DNA of 64,000 nucleotides from Eledone cirrhosa (taxonomy: Eukaryota): positions 22,568,001 through 22,632,000 of the forward strand of contig OZ024758.1 in assembly GCA_964016885.1 (NCBI GenBank), read 5' to 3'. A program made the position numbers and the translations under genes. The notes under the pieces were generated by a model. The model ran no database searches. It saw only the letters and a program-made list of their open reading frames with translations, and had not been told where the DNA came from. Shown in pieces: positions 44,214-58,417 of this stretch; positions within the stretch are counted from its first letter, which is position 1, and the number at the start of each line of letters is the position of its first letter.

Positions 44214-44417
44214 TGTTGTGGTTGCGTTTGCTGTGTGGGTTGCTCGACTTTACAGGAGGTAAATATACAGTATTTTCCGTTGTGTTGTAATATAAATATT
44301 ACACACAGTAGATTATCAGCTCACGTAGAGTTTGCTCGACGGTTCCAGTTGTAGTTCCAAAAGTAATCCGGAGAAAAATAGAAAGATTTGAATGGATACA
44401 GTTTAGTTGAAAGGAAT

Positions 44418-44537
44418 TTATTGACACGTGTTTCTATAACAGTTACGTAACCTAAAACAGCTGCTATCTACAAACTTTTAGTTATGCAGACATTCAATAT
44501 TTCAATGTTATTATTTACTGTCATCTCATCAGAATAA
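44418..44537 (-). ncRNA. Type I hammerhead ribozyme in the 5' pLTR, with long stem II
   Basis: uuauu-CUGAUGA-[ugacagu...acuguua, about 90 nt]-GAAAC-acgu-GUC-aauaa; palindromic stem III (ACACGUGU). Confidence 0.8.
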
Positions 44538-44588
44538 TATTACTGAGGACCTATACTGTATATATATAAAATATATATATATATATAT

Positions 44589-44633
<45 letters not shown>

Positions 44634-45084
44634 TATATATATATATATAAAATATATATATATACATACATACACATATATGTGTGTGTGTGTGTGTGTT
44701 AGTATGTATGTATATATATATACATACATACTTACACTCTTTATATATGTATATATATATACATACATATATATATACATACATATATACATACATATAT
44801 ACATACATATATATATACATACATACATATATATATACATACATATATATATACATACATATATATATACATACATATATATATACATACATACATATAT
44901 ACATACATACATATATATATACATACATATATATATACATACATATATATATACATACATATATATATGCATACATATATATATACATATATATATATAC
45001 ATACATATATATATGCATACATACATATATATATACATATATATATATACATACATATATACATACATATACATATATACATAC

Positions 45085-45143
<59 letters not shown>

Positions 45144-45172
45144 CATATATATACATATATACATACATATAC

Positions 45173-45231
<59 letters not shown>

Positions 45232-45688
45232 CATATATATATACATATATATATATATATACATATATACATATATATACATATATACACATATATATAT
45301 ACACATATATATATACATATATATATATATATACCTATATAAAGAGACACATATAAAGGGTATTAGAATTTGATGGAAAGACTAACGAAAAAGCGATAGA
45401 TAGAGAGAATGCAAGAGAGAGAGAGAGAGACAGAGAGAGAGATGAGGAACAGAATAAATAAAGGTTACATTTCCTCGCCTCCTTCTGTGGAATGGGTGGA
45501 GATTATTTCCTATGTAAACAGACCACAGATAAAGGGACTTATAGCATCTAAAACATGAATTTCCATTCTTTTAATATTTATATTATACACGTTTTCTGTC
45601 CACAGAATTACAAAAGCAAGCGACGTCTTGGAGAAGCCGTTTATATGGAATATAATTTACAGACGTTAAAAGACTGATATTGACAGCA

Positions 45689-45755
45689 ATGTCACATGTT
45701 AAGTTGCAGCTCCTCTGTTGGGCGATTCTGCCTCTTTTATTCTTCGTTTCCACAG
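45689..45755 (+). CDS. Quiver/sleepless-like Ly6 three-finger protein, coding exon 1 (signal peptide)
   Basis: MSHVKLQLLCWAILPLLFFVST + G, then the donor CAG|GTAAGT (phase 1); TTGACAG just before the ATG may be an acceptor from a non-coding upstream exon. Confidence 0.8.
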
Positions 45756-45829
45756 GTAAGTGGAGGAATTTTGCATACCTATTTATACACACTAATACAA
45801 ACACACACATATATATTTATATTTATGTG

Positions 45830-45860
<31 letters not shown>

Positions 45861-45902
45861 TAAATATTTATGTGTGTGTGTGTATATATATATATATGTT
45901 TC

Positions 45903-45942
<40 letters not shown>

Positions 45943-46451
45943 TATATACATCTATGTATCCATCTATCTATATATATCTATATATCTATATATATATATA
46001 TATAGGAAGGAGTAGGACCCCGATGGCTGAGCTCAAGCCGTTTCGACGGCTAATTCTGGACTAAAAAAAAAATAAAAAAGAAAATTGATTTTTTTTTTAG
46101 TCCAGAATTAGCCGTCGAAACGGCTTGAGCTCAGTCGTCGGGGTCCTACTCGTTCCTATTACCCACTCTACTACCCTAAATATTGAGTACTTGGGTGCGT
46201 TATGGTCCACTTGGTTCCTTATCACATTTCCTTCGTTATATATATATATATATACGATATTAATAAATGGAAACTATATTTATAAAACCATATTTATTTC
46301 ATTATACATATTTCAGGGATACCAAATTAAATTATGGTATGCCTTCAGACAAAATACAATATATAACAGTTTTACAAATAAGCTTTGACGTACCCTATTA
46401 AAATGCAACCATTGTTTTTGGAAGCCATCCGGTAAAACTGTTATATATTGT

Positions 46452-46514
46452 ATTTTGTCTGATGAAGGCATACCATAATTTAATTTGGTATCCCTGAAAT
46501 ATGTATAATGAAAT
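46452..46514 (+). ncRNA. Type I hammerhead ribozyme, family C, sense-oriented in an intron of the Ly6 gene
   Basis: auuuugu-CUGAUGA-agg.auacca...ugguau.ccu-GAAAU-augu-AUA-augaaau. Confidence 0.8.
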
Positions 46515-46643
46515 AAATATGATTTTATAAATATAGTTTCCATTTATTAATATCGTATATCTACTCCAAATACTTGTCGAGTGCTTTATATCAGTTATAA
46601 AAATATTTACTTGTTGTATCCCAACAATTTTAAATAGAACTTT

Positions 46644-46684
<41 letters not shown>

Positions 46685-47074
46685 ATGATATTAATAAATG
46701 GAAACTATCTTTATAAAACCATAAAGATAGTTTCCATTTATTAATATCATTGATATTATAGTCCAGAAGAATACTGTAGAGTGGCTCGAATGTATTATAA
46801 ATACATTTGTTGAATATATATATATATATGCATATATTTATATATATATGTATATATGCATATATGTATATATATATATATGCATATATTTATATATATA
46901 TATGCATATATTTATATATATATTTGCATATGTATCTGTATGTCTCTTGGCTGAAAAGGAGGTCATATAACTGTCCATTCATTAATAAATTGCTCCGAAG
47001 AATCCAAACCTCGGTTTGGAGGAAACAGCTGTAAGCACAAAAATGTTTTGAACAGTTCTTTGATTCTTATATTT

Positions 47075-47441
47075 CATATATATATGCATATGTGTATATA
47101 TATATATATGTATATATATATGTATATATATATGTATATATGCATATATATATGTATATATGCATATATATATGTATATATATGTATATATGCATATATA
47201 TATGTATATATATATGTATATAAGCATATATATATGTATATATATATGTATATAAGCATATATATATGTATATATATATGTATATAAGCATATATATATA
47301 AGCATATATATATTTGCATATATAAATATATATAAGCAAATATATATTTGCATATATAAATATATATAAGCATATATATATTTGCATATATCTATATATA
47401 TAAGCATATATATATTTGCATATATATATATATATGTATAT

Positions 47442-47473
<32 letters not shown>

Positions 47474-47718
47474 GTATATGTATATATATATATGTATATA
47501 TAAGTATATATATATATATAAGTATATATATATATATGTATATATTTATGTATATATATATATGTATATATATATAAGTATATATATATGTATATGTATA
47601 TATATATAAGTATATATATATATGTATATATATATGTATATATTTATGTATATATATATAAGTATATATATATGTATATATATATATATATGTATATATT
47701 TATGTATATATATATAAG

Positions 47719-47767
<49 letters not shown>

Positions 47768-47794
47768 GTATATATTTATGTATATATATATAAG

Positions 47795-47825
<31 letters not shown>

Positions 47826-48120
47826 GTATATATTTATGTATATATATATAAGTATATATATATGTATGTATTTATGTATATATATATGTATATATATATA
47901 TGTATATTTATATGTATATATATATGTATATATATATGTATATATATACGTATATATATATATATATGTATGTATATATTTATGTGTATATGTATATATG
48001 TATATATTTATGTGTAAATTTATGTGTATATATATATATGTATATATTTATGTGTATATATATATATGTATATATTTATGTCTATATATATGTCTATATA
48101 TATATGTATATATATTTATG

Positions 48121-48153
<33 letters not shown>

Positions 48154-48645
48154 TTATGTATATATATGTATATCTATTTGTATATATATGTATATATATG
48201 TATATATATATGTATATATATTTATGTATATATATATGTATATATATATTTATGTATATATATATTATATATATATGTGTATATATATGTATATATATAT
48301 ATATGTGTATATATATGTATATATATATATATGTGTATATATATGTATATATATATGTATATATATGTATATATATATATATGCATATATATGTATATAT
48401 ATATGTATATATATATGTATATATATGTATATATATATATATATATGCATATATATGTATATATATATGTATATATATATGTATATATATATATATATGC
48501 ATATATATGTATATATATATGTATATATATATGTATATATATATATATATGCATATATATGTATATATATATATATATATTTATGTATATATATATATGC
48601 ATATATATGTATATATATATTTATGTATATATATATATATTTATG

Positions 48646-48680
<35 letters not shown>

Positions 48681-48820
48681 GTGTATATATTTATGTATAT
48701 ATATATTTATGTATATATATATATATATACGTATATATATATATGTATATATTTATGTATATATATATGTATGTATACATTTATGTATATATATATGTAT
48801 ATATACAAATATATATATAT
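47075..48820. repeat. 1.7-kb degenerate (TA)n array
   Basis: Direct inspection. Confidence 0.95.
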
Positions 48821-49093
48821 AGAGAGATTGAGAGCAAAAGTGAAAGGGGAGAGGCGTTCGGAAAGGAGAGATTTATATATTAATATATGTGTGTGTGTGA
48901 GTGGGTGTTCATATATATATATATGTGTGTGTTGTATATATATTCTGGTGTTTGCTAAATAAGAGTGAAATCCAATTGAAACATTCTCTACAGATTAACT
49001 ATGTATTGTGTACATACATATAAAACAAGTTTTAATTTGTAATTATTATTTTTTCAATTATATTTCTTATGTAACGCTGCCAACATTCTTTAG

Positions 49094-49231
49094 TTGCAGG
49101 AATCCGCTGTGTTCAGTGTAGTTCTCTGAAGAATCCCCACTGTGTATCAGGGAAAGTTCCACCCAGTCTGTGCACATCAATAGATTCAGATGCAAACTAC
49201 TGTGTCAGATATATTGGCAAGTTAGAAACAG
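49094..49231 (+). CDS. Quiver/sleepless-like Ly6 three-finger protein, coding exon 2
   Basis: ttctttag acceptor; (V)AGIRCVQCSSLKNPHCVSGKVPPSLCTSIDSDANYCVRYIGKLET; CAG|GTAAAT donor; phase 1-1; CxxC start typical of the LU domain. Confidence 0.85.
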
Positions 49232-50032
49232 GTAAATCTAAGCTCATTTCAACTGTCGTTTATAAAACCTTTCATTAACTAACTCTGTCAGATATATTGG
49301 CAAGTTAGAAACAGGTAAATCTAAGCTCATTTCAACTGTCGTTTATAAAACCTTTCATTAACTAACTCTGTCAGATATATTGGCAAGTTAGAAACAGGTA
49401 AATCTAAGCTCATTTCAACTGTCGTTTATAAAACCTTTCATTAACTAACTCTGTCAGATATATTGGCAAGTTAGAAACAGGTAAATCTAAGCTCATTTCA
49501 ACTGTCGTTTATAAAACCTTTCATTAACTAACTCTGTCAGATATATTGGCAAGTTAGAAACAGGTAAATCTAAGCTCATTTCAACTGTTGTTTATAAAAC
49601 CTTTGATTAACTAACTCTGTCAGATATATTGGCAAGTTTGAAATAGGGAAAGCTGAGCTCATTTCAACTGTCGTTTATAAAACCTTTGATTAACTAATAC
49701 TATCAGATATATAGGCAAGTTAAAAACAAGTAAATCTAAGCTCATTTCAACCGTTGTTTATACAACTTTTGATTAACTAACTTTGTTAGATATATTGGCA
49801 AGTTAAAAACAAGTAAATCTAAGCTGATTTTAACCGTTGTTCATAAACCCTTTGATTAACTAACACTGTTAGATATATTGGCAAGTTAGAAACAGATAAA
49901 GCTAAGCTCATTTCAACTGTTGTTTATAAAACCTTTGATTGAGTAACACTGTTAGATATATAGGCAAGTTAAAAACAAGTAAAGCTAAGCTCATTTCATC
50001 TGTTGTTTATAAAACCTTTGATTAACTAACAC
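49203..50032 (+). repeat. 83-bp tandem repeat, about 10 units, spanning the exon 2 donor site
   Basis: TGTCAGATATATTGGCAAGTTAGAAACAG|GTAAATCTAAGCTC...; period 83 (49231, 49314, ...). Confidence 0.92.
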
Positions 50033-51804
50033 AAATATGTTTAATTACGTTATAACATTTCTTCCCATGTGAACGCAGCATGGCTGAACGGCTAAGAAGT
50101 TCGTTTCACAATCAAGGAATGGCTCTTCCAGAGCATCTCCCTAACCATCCTCCGGGGAAACGTCCTCTCTATTGTCCGCCGGGATCACCGGGCACCCAGC
50201 TCGTGGGCCCCCATTTGCTCACAATAGTGAGAGATAGGGAGAGCGGGAGAGACGGAGGCAGTGACTAGAAATTAGGTTATTTTGTGTTCGGGCCTTGTGT
50301 ATATATGTGTATATAAGAGATAATGAGTCTTTCCCATTAAACAATGATGAGTTGAATGGGAGTTTCAACAGACATTGTGTGACAAGCAATCTACTGTTGA
50401 ACTTTCTACATAACCAATAATTTGCGGTGTTAAAGCTATAACATAAGCAACGCAGCAGATCTCTTGTGATGGAATTTATTGCTTCCGTTTTGTTCTTTAC
50501 TCTATTATTCTATTAAATGTTCCAGTTGACTGGCTGAGGTCACCTCACCAAGATTTTATTAGTCGTAATCAGGCCTTGGAGAGTGAAAAGAGTTTATTAA
50601 ATGCCAGAATATAGAGTTTCCTTCCTTTGTGTTTGGACCTGGTGTATGTATATGTTTTACGGACACACTTAGAGTATATAAAAGTGTGTACACTAAGGTT
50701 TAAAAACATTGCAAGTAGGAGATGTCAAATATTTCACACAAAAGAATGTGTAAATTATCAGAAGGAAAACATTTTAACCATATAATTGTCGAATTTCTAA
50801 CATTATTTTTTATAGAGAAACGATATTTACATAAGACTGCATTAGCCAATTTGCCTTCTCTACACCATGATTCACAGTTACTCGAAATATTAGTCATATA
50901 CAAAAAGACTAGGGTGTAGTGTCTGTCTCTGTCCCTCCACCCTCTTACTCTCCCTTTATTTCGTTGCTTTATCTTCCTTTTTGTTTTCTCCTTTCTCTTT
51001 TTTTCTTCTTCTTCCCTTTAACAGTGTTTTGTTTTTATTAGATACTGCTCAATTATTTTTACATAATGTCAATAGCTTTCATGACATTGAGAGAGTCCGT
51101 ATATGGAATAAATAATTGTAGATTCTATCGATTGATTTTTTTTTTTAATGAAAGATAAAATTGTTTCCATATTTAACTTAAAAATTGTCGTTTATGATTG
51201 ATTTAATTTTGTTTCAAACAGCTGCCATTGATTGCATTTATTTTTTGAATTCTAAAATCATAAGATGTAATTTTAATAATTACTTTCATTTGCATATTTT
51301 AGATCAGCAAAATATTTTAGAAATGTTTGTTTTTATTTTAGATCCATTGTAAGATTTCAACGTATTTGTTGGGTTTCTTATCGATAAAAAAAATCAAAAA
51401 GAAAATTTATCAGTTATTAAAATTTAAATTGTTACTCATAAATAGACGGTAGTGTGTCAGAAATGGTTACCGTCTAACTAAGGTCATTGTAGTGGATTGC
51501 CAGAATCGTTTAGTATAGCATACAAAGTATCTTGTGGTATTTTTCTGTGTGATTTTAGGTCCTGAAATACCTTGGGACCCCAAGGTATAAATCCATCCCT
51601 GCATAGTTCTGTCACTTCACAGTTTCTGTAACGTTGAGCACAGTTCAGAGAAAGATCTGTAGCAGGTAACTTATCTCATCAATGAAATTAACCTTAGTTA
51701 TTGTAAATCAATGAATCACACGTCAGTTTTACTGTATTACTGTTTATTGCGGCGAATAATACCATCTTGTAGTATCAATTTTGAGCTAAGGATTTTGAGA
51801 GTTA

Positions 51805-52680
51805 AACATATCAGTTACTGACACAGTACGGTGTCAATTACAGGATATAAGCTACAACCATATCAGCTATTGACACAGCACACTACAAGTCTGAGGATAT
51901 AAGCCATAACCATTTCAGCTATTGACACAGCACACTACAAGTGAGAGGATATAAGCTACAACCATTTCAGCTATTGACACAGCACACTACAAGTCTGAGG
52001 ATATAAGCCATAACCATTTCAGCTATTGACACAGCACACAGCAAATTACAGGACATAAGACTCACACGTTTCAGCTATTCACACAGCACATTGTCAGCTA
52101 CAGAATATAAGACTCAGGCGTTTCAGTTATTGATACAGCACACTACAAATTACAGGACATAATACTCAGATGTTTCAGCTACTGACACGGTACATTGTCA
52201 ATTACAAGATATAAGCCACAAACGTTTCAGCTACTGACACGGTACATTGCCAATTACAGGATATAAGCCACAAACGTCTCAGTTCAGTTACTGACACGGT
52301 ACAAGCCACAAACGTTTCAGTTAATGACACGGTACATTGTCAATTACAGGATATAAGCCACAAACGTTTCAGCTACTGACACGGTACATTGTCAATTACA
52401 GGATATAAGCCACAAACGTTTCAGCTACTGACACGGTACATTGTCAATTACAAGATATAAGCCACAAACGTTTCAGCTACTGACACGGTACATTGTCAAT
52501 TACAGGATATAAGCCACAAACGTTTCAGCTACTGACACGGTACATTGTCAATTACAGGATATAAGCCACAAACGTTTCAGCTACTGACACGGTACATTGT
52601 CAATTACAGGATATAAGCCACAAACGTTTCAGCTACTGACACGGTACATTGTCAATTACAAGATATAAGCCACAAACGTC
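51805..52680. repeat. 52-bp minisatellite
   Basis: TTCAGCTACTGACACGGTACATTGTCAATTACAGGATATAAGCCACAAACGT. Confidence 0.92.
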
Positions 52681-52829
52681 TTGGCCGATTCTTTGTTACT
52701 TTTTTCCATATTACCATCCATATCTGTTTAATATCAACTGGTTAAAAAGGAGGTTCTGTTTGTAATGCAGATAATAATATCAAATATTTATTACGTAATG
52801 GAAAGTTATTCACGCACGCGTGATAAAAA

Positions 52830-53029
52830 GAAAGTTGGTTTTTAACATTTTAACTGACCCCATAATTAATGAGTTACTAAATAAAGGCAAAAGTGGTGTC
52901 TTTGGCCCTAGGGCCACCTCCACCATCGGCACACAGTTGGCTACCCACACTTGTGAGCCTCGCGAGCTGGGAAAGGGCGAGAGAGATGGTGGCAGTGACA
53001 GTGGGAGTTTGGTTCCTTTGTGTTCGGAC

Positions 53030-53072
<43 letters not shown>

Positions 53073-53090
53073 CAGGTCCGAACACAAATC
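52830..53090 (+). mobile_element. Family K TA-abutting repeat ending TTTGGTTCCTTTGTGTTCGGACCTG (also about 50200-50300, 50620-50645, 53655-53685, 54065-54100)
   Basis: Common 3' end at TA runs with variable 5' length; short inverted copy at 53073-53089. Confidence 0.6.
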
Positions 53091-53099
53091 TTTAGGTCG

Positions 53100-53320
53100 A
53101 TTTGGAAGCCTCAACAATGCAGATGGGTAATTCTCCGGGTAACAAGATCCGGTGGTGACGAGAGAGATGGAAGTGAATGTAGAATGAGATGTATAGTGTG
53201 TAGAACGTAGGAAAGAGCGTAAAAAATAAAAAAATAAAAAAATAACACGCGATAGAGATACCTTGGGAGAGATTTATTTGTCCCTATATTTCGGATTCAC
53301 ATCCATCAGCTGGGAGGTTT
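53100..53320 (-). mobile_element. Family J element with a decayed hammerhead (about 53281-53316)
   Basis: uccc.CUGAUG-gau(guga)aucc-GAAAU-AUA-ggga; homologous to 23435-23815. Confidence 0.55.
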
Positions 53321-53532
53321 TCCGGGGAGGGGGGGGGGGGGTATCTGTCGGATAGGAGCGATACGTGTTCTCCGTTGTTCGTTGTTTTGAATATCTGAGG
53401 TATTCAGCAGAGCGCGCGTAAAATGGGGTCGGTCAAGCAGAGGTCGGCGGCCGAAATAGTTCTTTTAATTGTGGAGTGGAGTGGCGTCAGCTGTCAATCC
53501 ATTGTATTATCTGCCTGATATAAGCCACAAGT

Positions 53533-53570
<38 letters not shown>

Positions 53571-53584
53571 GCGTGCGCGTCCGT

Positions 53585-53620
<36 letters not shown>

Positions 53621-54103
53621 TTTTTACAGACACACATCCACACTGGGACATTGAGAGTTTGGTTCCTCTGTGTTCGGACCTGGTGTATATATATAACTTT
53701 CGGCAAGTATTGGTCTAGGCCATGTTTAACTTAATAGCACCACCTGGCATATTATATATATAAATATATATATATAAAGAATATTTTCGAAACAGCGAGT
53801 GGGTTTGCAATTATTAGAAATGTAAGCTATCGCCGTATTTTGACTAAAGAAATTAAAGAAATTATTTAGCCTGATAGTGGGGTTAAGAACCCTCGGAGAA
53901 ATGGAAAAAGATGAGTATTGACGTACATGGGAGTCGAACCCACGTTCGACTCCCATATACGTCAATACTCATTTCTCCGAGGGTTCTTAACCCCATTATC
54001 AGGCTAAAAAAAAAATTTTATTTCTTTAGTCAAAATACGGCGATAGCTTATATATATATATATAGTGGAAGTTTGGTTCCTTTATGTTCTGACCTGGTAT
54101 ACT

Positions 54104-54140
<37 letters not shown>

Positions 54141-54891
54141 CACAGACGCACACTCCTTACCATACCATTCTACCAAGCATTATGAAATTGCTAAGCAACA
54201 TTTTGGCACGTATTAAGGAGACTTCTGCTGCAACAATAAAACGCACGAGGAAGGAGTGTTTTTCTTGGTTAAAAACATCAATTTGACAGGTTAATTACAT
54301 ATGAAGTGCCATATATTGTTCATCTACGTTTGTCTTACTCTAGTTAGGTTTTAAGTGAGATTGAGCCAATGAGAACGAGTTCTCTGTTATCAGCTTGTCT
54401 CCCCATGTTTCACTTGGCGCACTAAAAGTCCCCAGGGTGAAATATAAGGAGATATAAACACAGCAAATGTAAAACATTTCTATAAAGCACAGTTCTGTTT
54501 TAGACGTTCATTTACTTACAACAACAACGACAACGACAACAACAACAACAATCACAACTACAAAAGCCACTTAAATCAATCAGGCTACATGAATTAAACC
54601 CAAGTGAGCATCTGCCATCAAATGCATCGCTACATACGCTTACACATAAAAAAATGGTAACATAAGTCACTGGTACACATAAGTGAGCATAACTGTGTGC
54701 TCTACGTATCATTATATTTTTTGTCCATTTTTTTTTCTTTTCTTTCTTTCCTTCAGCTTCTTTTTAAACACTTTTTTTTCCTATTTCCTCCCGTTTTTTT
54801 TCTTTCCAATGACGTTTGACTTAAAGGTGTTCTAACAAAAAATAGAATATGATAATAAAAGAAAAGATGACACACACACACACACACACAC

Positions 54892-54930
<39 letters not shown>

Positions 54931-54979
54931 CAAGGAGACAACGAACAGGGGTACAAAAAGTCTTATTAGGTTCAAACAC

Positions 54980-55233
54980 ACACACATATATATACATACA
55001 TATATACACACATACACACACATTATATATATACATACATGCACACATACACATACATATATATATACATATATACACATACACACATTATATATATATA
55101 CATATGTACACATACACACATTATATATATATACATATGTACACATACACACATATATATATATATACATATGTACACATACACACATATATATATATAT
55201 ACATTCATACACATACACACATTATATATATAT

Positions 55234-55264
<31 letters not shown>

Positions 55265-55271
55265 CATTCAT

Positions 55272-55315
<44 letters not shown>

Positions 55316-55319
55316 TCAT

Positions 55320-55352
<33 letters not shown>

Positions 55353-55359
55353 CATTCAT

Positions 55360-55397
<38 letters not shown>

Positions 55398-57040
55398 TCA
55401 TACACACATATATATATATATATACATTCATACACACATATATATATATATATACATTCATACACACATATATATATATATATACATTCATACACACATA
55501 TATATATATATATATATACGTTCATACACACATATATATATATATATATATACGTTCATACACACATATATATATATATATACATTCATACACATATATA
55601 TATATATATACATTCATACACATATATATATATATATACATTCATACACACATATATATATATATATACATTCATACACACATATATATATATATATACA
55701 TTCATACACACATATATATATATATATACATTCATACACACATATATATATATATACATTCATACACACATATATATATATATATACATTCATACACACA
55801 TATATATATATATACATTCATACACACATATATATATATATATACATTCATACACACATATATATATATATATATATACATTCATACACACATATATATA
55901 TATATATATACATTCATACACATATATATATATATATATACATTCATACACACATATATATATATATATACATTCATACACACATATATATATATATATA
56001 CATTCATACACACATATATATATATATATATATACATTCATACACACATATATATATATATATATATACATTCATACACACATATATATATATATATACA
56101 TTCATACACACATATATATATATATATACATTCATACACACATATATATATATATACACATTCATACACACATATATATATATATACATTCATACACACA
56201 TATATATATATATACATTCATACACACATATATATATATATACATTCATACACACATATATATATATATACATTCATACACACACATATATATATATACA
56301 TTCATACACACACATATATATATATACATTCATACACACATATATATATATATATATTCATACACACACATATATATTCATACACACACATATATATATA
56401 TATAAATACACACACATATATATATACATACACACATACATATTATATATATATATACATACATACACACATACATATTATATATATATATACACACATA
56501 CACACATATTATATATACATACATACACACACACACACATATTATATATACATACATACACACACACACATATATATATACATACATACACACACACATA
56601 TATATATACATACATACACACACACACATATATATATACATACATACACACACACACATATATATACATACATACACACATACATATATACATATATACA
56701 CATACACACATACATATATACACATACACACATCCATATATATACACACATACATATTATATACATATATACACATACACACATATATATATATATACAT
56801 ACATACACACATATATATATATATACATACATACACACATATATATATATATACATACATACATACATATATATATATACATACATACATACATATATAT
56901 ATATATACATACATACATACATATATATATATATACATACATACATACACACACACACATATATATACACATACACACACATATTATATATATACACACA
57001 CACAAACATATTATATACATATATACACATACACACACAT

Positions 57041-57087
<47 letters not shown>
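54980..57087. repeat. 2.1-kb CA/TA array, including a CATTCATACACACA(TA)n higher-order unit
   Basis: Direct inspection. Confidence 0.95.
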
Positions 57088-57090
<3 letters not shown>

Positions 57091-57254
57091 GAAAATTAAG
57101 ATTCAGGGTGAAATAAAGAAACGTTTCTGGCAATCTCGTTTTAATAATGATCTTTTTTTTCGATGTCGGTGAACTAAGAATAGTTTTACAACAGTTACTT
57201 ACATTCAAAAGAAATTCTCTAAGACAATTTAACAGGCTTAACATTCGGTAATAT

Positions 57255-58255
57255 TTTGTGGATTGGCAGAACCGGTAGAGCATCAAACAACATGCTTTAC
57301 GATCTGAGTTCAAATCCCGCCGAGGTTAACTTTGCCTTCATCTTTACGGGGTCGATAAAATAAAGTACCAGTAATACACTGGGGTAATTGTTGACCTTGT
57401 GCCTAACGTAGAAACAATTATTATTAGTAGTAGTAGTGAGTTCAAATCCCGCCGAGGTTAACTTTGCCTTTCATCCTTACGGGGTCGATAAAATAAAGTA
57501 CCAGTAATACACTGGGGTAATTGTTGACCTTGTGCCTAACGTAGAAACAATTATTATTAGTAGTAGTAGTGAGTTCAAATCCCGCCGAGGTTAACTTTGC
57601 CTTTCATCCTTAAGGGGTCGATAAAATAAAGTACCAGTAATACACTGGTGTAATTGTTGACCTTGTGCCTAACGTAGAAACAATTATTATTAGTAGTAGT
57701 AGTGAGTTCAAATCCCGCCGAGGTTAACTTTGCCTTTCATCCTTACGGGGTCGATAAAATAAAGTACCAGTAATGCACTGGGGTAATTGTTGACCTTATG
57801 CCAAAATTAGAAACAATTAATTATAACATGGATTGGCAGTATCGGTAGAGCGTCGGACACTATACTTTGACGCATAGAGTTACGGCCCTTTGCCATTCTG
57901 AGTTCAAATCCCGCCGAGGTTAACTTTGCCTTTCATCCTTACGGGGGTCGATAAAATAAAGTACCAGTAATACACTGGGGTCGATTTAATTGACTTTCCC
58001 CTCCTCGCAAATTGTTGGCTAAGTGTCTAAATCAGAAACCATTATGGCAGTAGAATCGGTAGAGCGTCGGACAACGTGCTTTGCGGCATGGAGTTACGCC
58101 TTTTTACGATCTGAGGTGAAATCCCGTCGAGGTTAACTTTGTCTTTCATCCTTACGGGATCGATAAAATAAAGTACCAGTAATACACCAGGATCGATTTA
58201 ATTGACTTTCTCTTTCTCCACAAATTGCCGGCCTTGTGCCTAAATCAGAAACCAT
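57255..58255 (+). mobile_element. Head-to-tail SINE array: four 133-bp truncated units plus two fuller copies
   Basis: GAGTTCAAATCCCGCC at 57306, 57438, 57571, 57704 and 57900. Confidence 0.88.
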
Positions 58256-58269
58256 TATTTGTATAATAG

Positions 58270-58340
58270 GGTATGTGTGAGAAAGAGAGTGTGTGTTTGT
58301 GAGAGAGAGAGAGTGTGTGCGTTTGTGTGAGAAAGAGAGA

Positions 58341-58417
<77 letters not shown>

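Larger units (their letters stand above)
40822..44554 (-). mobile_element. Penelope-like retroelement, near full length, with two 180-bp direct pseudo-LTRs (40822-41001, 44375-44554), inserted in (TA)n; probably Hydra-like clade
   Basis: Terminal direct repeats with about 1 visible mismatch; RT + GIY-YIG coding region; hammerhead in each pLTR; both ends at or next to TA microsatellite; CxCx5C linker (CNCTYPDNC) before the endonuclease. Confidence 0.92.
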
